This document shows positions 25,090 through 34,830 of a stretch of 64,000 nt of DNA, in pieces. The notes beneath the pieces were generated by a model. It was not told the DNA's origin. It saw nothing but the letters and a program-made list of their open reading frames with translations, and made no database searches. The translations under genes were made by a program, and so were the position numbers. Origin of the DNA: Azolla caroliniana. Its lineage: Eukaryota; Plantae; Polypodiophyta. Position 1 is the first letter of the stretch. Each line of letters starts with the position of its first letter. The DNA lies in NCBI GenBank assembly GCA_043228905.1, contig JBHGNT010000021.1, forward strand, positions 10,354,001 to 10,418,000. The letters run 5' to 3'.

Positions 25090-27762
25090 TTAAGACATAT
25101 CTGATGGACTAGAAGAGCATTCTGACGTCTCATCCTCATCATCAGTGGCAATCAAAGCATTATACTCATCCAATTCCAACCCAACATCTTTGTGGTTATG
25201 AGAATTGCTTCTGGTTATTCTCTGTATTTCGTTTGACACCATGTTTGGGATTTTCTCCTTTATTATCTTGATAGTTGCTTGTCTTAGATGACCTGATTTT
25301 GTCAATGAGAAGTCATATACTAGTATGTCAACACGGTCTAGTGCGAGAGTAGCCGTGCTCGGTATATTCTTTCTTCTTCTCTTTCTGCTTGAACATCTGA
25401 CATCCTTAACCATCTCTAAAGAATACTTTCCTGTAAATGCATCAGTTGAATTTGTCTGATACCAATGGACTACTATTGACTTTGTCTGACTACTTTCTTC
25501 ATCCCTTACTAATTCAATAATTTTTGCAATCCAAAATGGATGGCCCAAGGTATCGTCCCCTGCTAATGTTGCAACCGACATTCCCACTTGTAGTTCTTGC
25601 AAATTACCTTGCCATCTTGCCTCAACAGTACGTGACTTTCTTGGTCCCACATAAATATCTCTTTGCAGTGGCCGAACTAAATCATGAAGCTCCATATTAT
25701 TCGATTGTTGGTGATGAGTCTGCGATATCGTTGATGTCATCCCAATGTTCCACGTGAATGGGATACAGATTGGCCATAAACCGGCGATGTAATTATCTAA
25801 AATGGTGCGTTGATGGGTGAAGAAAATCTCCCACCATTCAACATCCTCATCACTGGCATACTTCTTAGTCCGATCAATATTATTTTGTTTCTCTGCTAGA
25901 CATCTCAACCAATATGCCCTTTGTTCATCAGTAGTACTATTTGGTGCTACATTTTTACGATCATCATATAGCATTTGTTGTGCACCATGTAGAGGTTCAT
26001 CTGGGATATGAAGAAGGAGCCTACAACCTTCTTGGGGCTCCCATTGTGCACTAGATGAGTATTGTTTCGCAAACAACACCGTCATCTTCAGGTGGGCCGA
26101 TCTTTGTTTTATGAGGAAGACATGGTTGAAACTTATATTATTAAGAGGTGCAAGCACCCTACCTTTAGTCCCGTCACTATCCATGCAGAAACGTTTAAAG
26201 TCGTATACTTCTTCCAAGTGTTGTACTTCAAGCTTTGGTGTATATGCTTCACTAATCAATTTGGATAGCGTGGGAAGTGTGAAAGCATTACAACGAGCAA
26301 GTTTCTTTGAGAACCTACTGAACATTTGATCTATGTGATCATGGGTATGACCAACCAACAAGAAGTTAACCTTTATCTTTTTAAATATGCCCCTCTCTAC
26401 TAGCATGCTTAGATAGCCGAAGACAGTTGAGTTCTTATTCTCTCTTGCTGTGTTGTCTAGTTGCACATATAGAACTGGCGGGAGTATACCTGACCATGAT
26501 TGCAATACCCTGTGCATGACAGTGACAGTAAGATTAGGGTCGTTGTGGATATTGGGATAAGTTAAGAACACTTGCGGTCTTATAGTTTGATAGTATGTCA
26601 AACAACCCACTAGATGCATTTGCACGAGACACTCATCTCCAATATCCTTGGGGAGTCTTTGAAAATGCGGCAAACAAGTTTTCTTTTGATCCATGCCGTC
26701 AATAATCATGCACATATACTTTTCGGGAGATTGAAACGCTTTTTGTCGGTGATGCATAGCCTTAGTACGTTCCAATGCCTGACTTTCACGATGTTCTTTT
26801 AACAGGTTCTTGTAATTCTTGATCTCTACATCTGATTTTCCACCCTTGGCCATATTTTTTAAACTCACACATATTGAGCAGACTCCCATTCGCACCTTTT
26901 GTGGGATAACCACGTTATTAAATTGTAACCTCCATAGTCGATTAAAATGCCTGTACTGTATGTAAGGCTCAACATCGGAAGACATGTCGTCCTTGTACGA
27001 TTGGTAAACTTCCCTTCGAGTAAAGTTATCTGACAAATGAAGTCTTCCTGTCGTTGGCATAACTTCGCACTGTTTTGAAAAATATACCTCCATCCACCTA
27101 ATTGCCTGTTGCCCAATTTGACCCTTACATCCAGAACCATTTTGATCGAACTATACCCAGGAGCCCTTCACAAGTCGCTCTTGAACTCGTTGCAGCTGCA
27201 TATTTCCAATGCTATGAGTGATTTTAAAAGCTGCTCGACAACACTTGGTATATAGTCCAAGGAAATATTCAACTTGCGTTGAATTAGGCCCTGCTTTGTG
27301 ATCCAATTTAAGTTGCATATGCGAAAGAAGAAATGTATCTTGCTCTTCCCCATTAAGCGACAAGTATTTTTGTCGTGTTTCACGTAACCTTGACTTTCCA
27401 TAAGTTGATAGACAAAGATTCGCACAACACGATTTGTTCAAGTCGCATAGAAGTTGACGATCAGAACATAAGAAATTAAATCTCTTTTCACTAACTTGTC
27501 GAGGAACTCTTTTAAATGCTACAGGTTTAGTAATGTTATTGTTATCTATCGACGAAGAATCGTCCGCTTGTAAGCTTGCATGAAGAGGGCCATCAACAGG
27601 ATCAATTGAAAACAGAGAATTCGAAGTACTAGGAGCCACACTTTTCTGTTTAAGCCGCGAATGTTTTTTGTGGTCGTACTCTTCTATTGAGAAATACGAG
27701 TTATCTGACAATGAAAAGGGGGCAATAGAAAAAAGAGATGTTCTACTTGTAGAAGAAGACAT
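25090..27762 (-). pseudogene. Sola1-like (DUF7869-type) DDD transposase, about 890 codons, with one in-frame stop
   Basis: ORFs 27151-27762 and 25090-27093 are in the same frame and joined across one TAG ('GSWV*FDQNGSGCKGQIGQQAIRWMEVYF'). Motifs IIDGMDQ, QLDNTARENKN and FLLVGHTHDHIDQMFS form the RNase H-fold DDD triad; CSIC...H and an N-terminal Cys cluster are also present. Confidence 0.88.
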
Positions 27763-28059
27763 TTGAGGGAGTCTAACTGTATTCTAAAACCTTCTTTTGA
27801 GAAAATTAAGGAATGTTGAAGCCTAACTATATAACTACCCGAACACTTAGATTAACTATATTATTTTCCGAAATTTTCCTAAAAAACAAATAATTAAAAA
27901 TTATTTTTTATTTTAAAAAGAATGCTAAAGTCTTCTATATAAGGAGGTTAGAAATTTCATTTTCATTATCACGTGAAAGAATCCATCGAGCTCAGAGCAC
28001 AGGCCAATTTTCGAGCACTCAGAAGCACATCGTGGACAGCACTACCTCCGGCACAAACC
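27763..28059. promoter_or_regulatory. Putative bidirectional promoter between the transposase and methyltransferase genes
   Basis: 297-bp AT-rich gap between divergent ATGs, with CTATATAAG near 27935 and repeated TAACTATAT near 27824 and 27853. Confidence 0.5.
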
Positions 28060-28204
28060 ATGAACAAGGGAAAGAAAATCGTTAGGTTAGTAATATTCAT
28101 TACATTTTTTAAGATTCCTAAAGATTCCTTAAAGATTCCTTTCCTCAACACATAGAAATTTTATTTTATTTTGTACAACGAACTTGGAAAGCAATTCTGA
28201 AAGC

Positions 28205-28349
28205 CAGGACCTTCAACCAAAATCCGATGCAGTGCATCGGATTTGCGTTGAAAGGTCCTGCCTTCAACCAAAATCCGATGCAGGACCTTTCAACCGAAGG
28301 CAGGACCTTCAACCAAAATCCGATGCAGTGCATCGGATTTTGGTTGAAG
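28205..28349. repeat. Palindromic repeat array in intron 1 of the methyltransferase gene
   Basis: The unit CTTCAACCAAAATCCGATGCA occurs three times forward and twice inverted. Perfect 43-bp palindrome at 28307-28349 and near-perfect 56-bp palindrome at 28205-28260. Confidence 0.92.
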
Positions 28350-30820
28350 AAAATGTTGTTTTTGCGATAAAAAACTATCGCATGGGACCATAAAATTGAC
28401 GTAATTTAAATGATAATTTGCGTGATTTAGATGAAATTGTACGTTGTTTCTATGTTTTCACCAACGTTTTTAATTTCAGTGAACCCAGACAAAAAGTTCC
28501 TTCATTTAGATTGAAGATTCGATCTCCGACAAAACGAGATTCTGACTCCTTCATGAAGGACACGAGTAAAAAGAATTTATTTGACTCAACGGGGGAAGGA
28601 GGATCCAAGTCATCTGTGGCTACTACCATAATCAACAAAGGTAGTACGCAAGAGGAGAAAACGGTTGAGGTGAAATATAAGGATTACCCCGAACTTGAAT
28701 GGTGTCTCTCTTATGTCGAGGCGGATGGGGTGTTGTTATTGATAACGGCAAAATCAGACGGGGAAGGGAAACTTCAGCTTGGAAAAACATTTAATTACGG
28801 GCATGTAACCAAGCTAGAGTACGAAGACATTGATTCTACATGTATTTTAATCGACGTCTCGAGCTCAGTTGGCGACAGGCGATTGCGACTTGATGAGGGA
28901 AACCTAGTACCCGAATCTTGCAATCCCAAGGCTTTGCGTAAAGACCTGCAAACGAAAAATAACTTGTTGGTAGCTCTTCGGCCGTACGTGACAGGAGAGA
29001 TGATGACCGGTGAAGCAGAAACTCCACCGAAAAAGTCTAGGAAGACAAATCCTGTTCAAAAGAAATATACTAAACGACCACGACCCGAAGAAGAAGAAGA
29101 AGAAATATTAGAGTTCGTGGAAGAAGAAGATGACCAACAAGTCGACGTCGTGGCTCCAGGCGGACAACTATCTTCTGGTGTCCTGACGTCAGAACAAAAT
29201 AAAATAAGAGAAAATATTGTGAAGACTAAACTTGTGCGCAGGGGCCAGCTATTTCATTTGCCCATTACTTCTATCAAAAGGCCCCCCATTGACCCCGTGA
29301 CTGGAAGACGTCCCTTGGAAATTAGGGAGCCGCACTCTGTCCATGTGCAAAACCTGAAAAGCAAAATGAAAATCAATCCTCACGCTACTGTGGTGCCATT
29401 TTTGGTAATGGTTGATCAAGAACAATGCCCAACAGTAGCAGATTTCAAGTATAGCTCTGCAGACGATTACACATACTATGTAATCGGAGGATCACATTCG
29501 GCCGAAGCTCGACGACAGCTTGTCAAAGAATATCCTCTCACGCCGTTCTTCAAATACGCCGAATGTAAGGTATATGCAGGACTAACTCACGAGGAGGCGA
29601 AGTTGCTCGCATGGGACCATAACAATGACAACGATTATAGGCAAAAGATGTCATGTATAGAGAGGATAAGATTTTTTCATCATGAATACCTCGATGCCTT
29701 GAATCGTTTTGGTCCAAGATTGTGGCCTGGATTGCGACGTCAGTGTTTATTGGAAGTAGGGATTGCAGTGGATGAGAGTACGAAATCCGAAGGTCTCCGA
29801 AAATATGATTCTTGGTTTCAACTAGCTTTTCGGACCGGAGAGGTGTGGGATCTCCAAGACAAAATATTCTCTATGTGGGAGCGGAAAGAAGTCAAGGGGC
29901 AAAGATCAAAAAAGGGAAGAATTCATCCACAAGTTGAGATGAAATCAAAGACCAAGGGAAAAAGCAACTTGGTAATCGAGGAGTTACCAGAGGACATGAA
30001 ACTTTTACCTTGGAGATCATTACGAGGTATCAAAGATGATAGATTGTTAATATCCATGCTATCTCGAGTGGTCGCCAAGGAATTTAGTTTGGACGAGATG
30101 GTAACAGACTTGCAAAAGTAAGTGTTTATAGTATACCTTTTCATTAAAGTCTTCAATTATTTTGAATATCTTATTTCTAATTTCATATTGATTGTGCAGT
30201 CACAAGACAAGGTATACATGAAGATTCAGGAGTTGATGATGCAAAAACTGAGTTTACCGACATGGGAAGAAGTTGAACAAGCCTGCCCGATAACTTCTTC
30301 CTACAAGGCATTGGAGGAATATTTTATTGTATTTAGAGAATGGGTATGTGTCTTTTGAATGTTGATATGTTAGAAAGTAATGTTCCCTGCTAACAACAAT
30401 GACACTTGCAGAAACCATCAAAATCGAAAAAGAACAACGACAATAATGACGGTATTCCAACGGCCTTCATCGCGCACTTAGAACGTGCGAAATATGAGAA
30501 GAGAATGACCAAAGGGAAGGAAATGGAATTGCTCGAGGATTCGGAGACTGTAAAGAGTTTTTTGCATAGGTCCGATCCTTTCAAACAGCTTCATTATAGT
30601 GTTTTCAATGGCGAAGTATCCCAGATGCTCGAACTGTTACCGAGAAGGCACTACACTTTGCTGATAGCTGACATACCATATGGTTTCCGTATTGCGGGAT
30701 CAACATATGATGATGTGCCTTTCAAGTACCCTCAGATCGAGAAAATGGTAAAGGATTTCGCAGAACTGACATTGGCCCCCTTGTGGAGGATAGTCATATT
30801 TCATAGCATGGGGCAATCAC

Positions 30821-31238
30821 TGTCATGAACACATGACCATTATGGCGTCACCCGGACTTGAACCTCGAACCTTCTAATTCATACTTGAAAACCTCAACCA
30901 TTAAGATAGCTTATTGTTATATGAAACAATAAAAGCTACTTCTTATATTACATTGATTATTGTAAAAACTCTAGATTATTCTAGAATGTTCTAGAATGTC
31001 CTAGAGCATTCTAGGTCTAGAACATTCTAGAACATTCTAGAAATCTCTAAGCTATTCTATAGGAACCTATAAATAAGCGCATACATGTATTCTCAAATCA
31101 ATTCGAATCAAACTGTCAGAACCAAGGATAAAAGATAGAGTGATGGAAGACGGATAGAGAAGAATGGATGTATAAGATAGAGAAAGAAAGAGAATGGATA
31201 CAAGATATGTAATGAGAGCTAAATCCTTGGTTCTGACA
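30821..31238 (+). mobile_element. Solo LTR inserted in methyltransferase exon 4
   Basis: TGTCA...TGACA termini, 5-bp TSD ATCAC (30816-30820, 31239-31243) and CTATAAATA near 31067. Removing it restores the frame 'HSMGQSLSVTTALKSRCHATEHMHW'. Resembles the LTR at 8485-8957. Confidence 0.92.
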
Positions 31239-32843
31239 ATCACTGTCAGTCACAACAGCTTTGAAGTCCCGTTGTCATGCCACTGAACACATGCATTGGT
31301 GCGTTATAGTTCGCTTTTACTCATTACAGTACTTCTTATTATATGTACACATTTACACCTCTAATACTTGATTTTCTTTCTCTATAGGATCAAAACAAAT
31401 ATTACACGTAGCCCTGGCGATCGAATGGTTAGTGCGGTCGAACATTTTTGTGTGGGCTACTATGATTCAATTACAAAGAAGAAGGCTAGAGCACATGTCA
31501 ATGAGCGTAACGTGGTTAACTACATCATGTGCCCAGCTGTAACCAAAAAATTAAGACATGTGTCAGGGGATAAAAGTATGGTGAACCCTTATCAAAAACC
31601 TCAAAGATTGATCAACCGCCTCATAGAGCTCTTCTCGAATCCAGATGATTGGGTCCTAGACTTGTTCTCTGGCACAGGTATAATATATATATTTAATTTC
31701 AATCTTGTCTATCAAGTTTAAGACGTTACTTCTTATATATACTTGTTTGTGTTCATGCGACCATTAGGTACAACGACAGCTTGTGCATTGAAGATGTTTA
31801 GAAACTGTGTTGCATTGGAGAAGGACCCTGCTCAAGTTAACTTCATCAAAATGAGGATCACAGGAATCTGGGACTGTCCAGATCAGGATCAAGAAGTCGG
31901 AGCAAAACACATCAACGAGACAGAGATGTTCCAGATGACTTCACGAGAACCAATGGAACCAATTAATGAAGAAGCAGGGGAGCTGGTGGACCTGGAAGAT
32001 GTAGCACAGTTTGACCATACATCAGATTCGGGAGAGCTTGGAGATGACACGAATGAAAACAGTCTAGAACAATCAGCGCTAGAGGAGCCTGCTCTGCCTG
32101 ATTTGCTTATAGATTGATGTAGATGGCGTAATGTAAAAATTGAGAATTTTGAGGCATAATGTTCACCATCACTTCATATTATATTTGTATATGAGAACAT
32201 CTGTAATTGTTTATCGTTTAATTAAATTCACCTGTTCATAATTTCCCTTTTTAATCATTATTGGAACCGTTGTTTGTATTTACATATAATTGGTCACCAT
32301 GCTCTTCTTTAGTTTGAGATATTAACATGATATTGTAATTTCTCATTTCCGTTAGCATGACTGTATATGAAAAGGCGAATGTTTTTGATAATAAGAGGTT
32401 TTTAGTTACCTACGGTTCAAGTCTACTGGTTCCACATAGTATAAATGAATTTCGTACGTAATTGTTACTCTTACCAATTACATTGTCATGAACTATATGA
32501 CATTATACAATGAAACTATCGATATACTTGTCCAACAAGTGGGGTACTACTTTATTCCTAAACCCAAAACCACATATTTATAATTACGGTTTATGTAGTT
32601 TTACTCTACAATTTGAATATGGATACCAATTTTAGAACTTTATATTGAACCAAGTCTTCAATTGTGCTCCATGATATGCAAATTGACACGAATGTGGACA
32701 CATATACAATTTAGTAATTGCTAGGTTTTTTTGGTTCTATATTTAACCATCAAGTCGCAAAAGGGGTACGCATGCATCGTATATTTTCGATATCAGGCTA
32801 AAATAGGGTACTTTTCTACATCTGGCCAACTATGCCAAAAGAG

Positions 32844-32880
32844 AATACGACATATTACCTGTTTCAAATGACCCGGTGTT
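32844..32880 (-). repeat. Right terminal inverted repeat
   Basis: Pairs with 24781-24817 and is followed by the CAAT TSD. Confidence 0.95.
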
Positions 32881-34139
32881 CAATATGTAACCTCCTATAG
32901 GCCAAATGAAACACTTCTCTAGGAGATAGGATCGCATCTCATGATAGTCACCTACACATGTAATGCCATTGAGGTTGTAGAGTATGTATGGGCCTCGTAA
33001 AGTGTGGCAAAGGTGCTGAGAAAAGGGTTTTAAGGTGGTGCACGAATACGGTTTTAGAGGTTGTGGTCATGAGGGAGTTTAGAATGCATTGCTACCAACT
33101 TACGAGCGATGGAATGCATTTTCATTGTGATTACAAGATCTGTCATTGTTGTGGATGCTACAACACTCGAGGAATATGAAGGTGGCACCATTTAAGGACA
33201 ACATTTCTAGGTGAAACATGTGTAGATAGGTGCACACAATGATGAAATGTTAGACAAACATCGGAATGTCATGTTTGTAGTAGGAGTTACGATCAACCAC
33301 TATTATTGCGCACAACATGGTACGATGAGACACAACATTGTATGAGGGTGGCTTCACATTGTGATGACATCGACGTCTAACGAGTTTTGTGTTGCCCATG
33401 AGAGAGATAGGGATAGATATAGGTAGGGCGGGAGTGAGGTAGTGTGTGTGTGGGCACACGATCTAATCATGTGTGTGTGAGAAACCGTGCGTGTGGAGTT
33501 TCTTTTGCTTGTGAGAGTGAGCGAGGGCACGCGATTGATCATGTGTGTGTGTGTGTGTGTTGCGCATGCGTGTGGGAGAAATATGATTGACAAGGCTATG
33601 AGAATGTCAAGACACCACAGAGCACACCATTTACGATGTTCAAAAAATTTATAGTTGAAAAAGTTATGTATATTCTTTAAAAGTGGCAAATACAAGCGAG
33701 TGGGCGAAGATCACATTGTTGGAGGTGGCGAGAAGTTGCCACACTTACAAGTTGTTCCTCCTCGCTGGCTCTGAAATGACGATATTGTTCCTCATCTTGT
33801 CGTCCGGTCATGCAATAATGACACTCCTCCTCCTCGCGCTCGCTATTGTTTCTCTCTCGCTTGGTATCCTCTTCCCATTGATGACGTTCCTTGGACACTT
33901 GGATATGGTAGTGACCATCATTGCATGCCTCTTCTCTGCTAATGTATAAGGCCTCACGGAAGCGGTTGCAACGCTCTTCTACAGGGATTTGTTCCACGTT
34001 CCTGCAACATCTTTCGGAGGGCCATGCATATCGGCTGATTTCATCCCAAGAGGTGCGACGACTTCATCCATGTTCATCCTTATCATTACGTTCTTGTAGG
34101 TGGCGAACCTGTCTATTGATGAAGTTTTGGCACACTTGC

Positions 34140-34400
34140 CTCAACCCTCGGTCTCGTGGCTCATCGCGATCGAGACTACGACGATCCCGACCCTCTTCAG
34201 ACTCTCTCTTGTTGTCTCTACGACATCTTCATTGAGGGATCCTTCATGACATCGATCACGCCTCTCCTGCTCGACATCCTCCTGCCTACGTCGATTGCGC
34301 CTCTCGTCACGTGACTCATCACGATCGCGACTGTGACGATCCTGTTCCTCTTTGGACTCTCTTGTTGTCTTTGTAGCGCCCCTCCTCGATGGACCCCATG
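34140..34400. repeat. Second copy of the Arg/Asp/Glu-rich dispersed repeat
   Basis: Similar to 23965-24360. Confidence 0.7.
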
Positions 34401-34569
34401 TAAAGCTTTTACATGTGCCCATCCACATGAAAATGTTGCTAACCCAGAAGATTCTATAATGTTCAACATGATTATCTTCAAAATGAAGTTTTTCTTAGAC
34501 CCAAATGGTATTAATTCTCATTGACAAGAACTATTAAGGAGATCTACACATGCTCCAAACAATTAGGTA

Positions 34570-34830
34570 AATTTGTTGATTTTGTAATGGTAGCAAATAT
34601 TGGCGAAGATTCATGTTATCACGAAGTTATATCAGTCAATGACCATGCTAAGTGGGCCCATACTCTGCAAAGTGAATTCGGCAACATTCATAAGAATGGA
34701 ATTTGAGAGTTAATGCATTTGCAAAGGGTAGAAAAGCATTGCGATGTAAATGAATTTTAAATACATTGTGATTATGCTTGTTCTAAACATAAAGTTCATC
34801 TTGTGGCAAAAGGTTTCAAGCAAGGTGAAT
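34570..34830 (+). pseudogene. Highly degraded copia RT N-terminal fragment
   Basis: 'KWAHTLQSEFGNIHKNGI*ELM...HKVHLVAKGFKQ' resembles W..AM..E....N.TW.LV...KARLVAKGF.Q. Confidence 0.65.

Larger units (their letters stand above)
28060..32117 (+). pseudogene. ParB/Srx-like domain fused to a beta-class N6-adenine/N4-cytosine DNA methyltransferase; 6 exons, about 960 aa, interrupted by a solo LTR
   Basis: Exons 28060-28085, 28480-(30100 or 30117), 30200-30343, 30412-30820 joined to 31244-31298, 31388-31677 and 31768-32117. GT-AG junctions are phase-compatible except intron 2, which is ambiguous. Motifs: 'YYVIGGSHSAEA' (ParB-like), 'LLIADIPYG' (motif IV), 'NPYQKPQRLINRLIELFSNPDDWVLDLFSGTGTTTACALKMFRNCVALEKD' (motifs X, I, II). 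Confidence 0.9.
24781..32880. mobile_element. 8.1-kb TIR DNA transposon (Sola1-like) carrying a ParB-methyltransferase cargo gene
   Basis: 37-bp TIRs at 24781-24817 and 32844-32880 (AACACCGGGTCATTTGAAACRGGTAATATGTCGYATT, two mismatches). 4-bp TSD CAAT at 24777-24780 and 32881-32884. Internal DDD transposase. The superfamily call rests on the 4-bp TSD and motifs and is an inference. Confidence 0.93.

Noticed and set aside
30843-30910. Genuine tRNA gene (also about 8873-8935 and 51071-51128)
   Set aside because: A/B boxes are present but I could not build convincing acceptor and anticodon stems; reported only as tRNA-like.
28060-32117. Methyltransferase as bacterial contamination or misassembly
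   Set aside because: It has phase-consistent GT-AG introns, an LTR insertion with TSD, and lies inside TIRs with a TSD in plant-like DNA.
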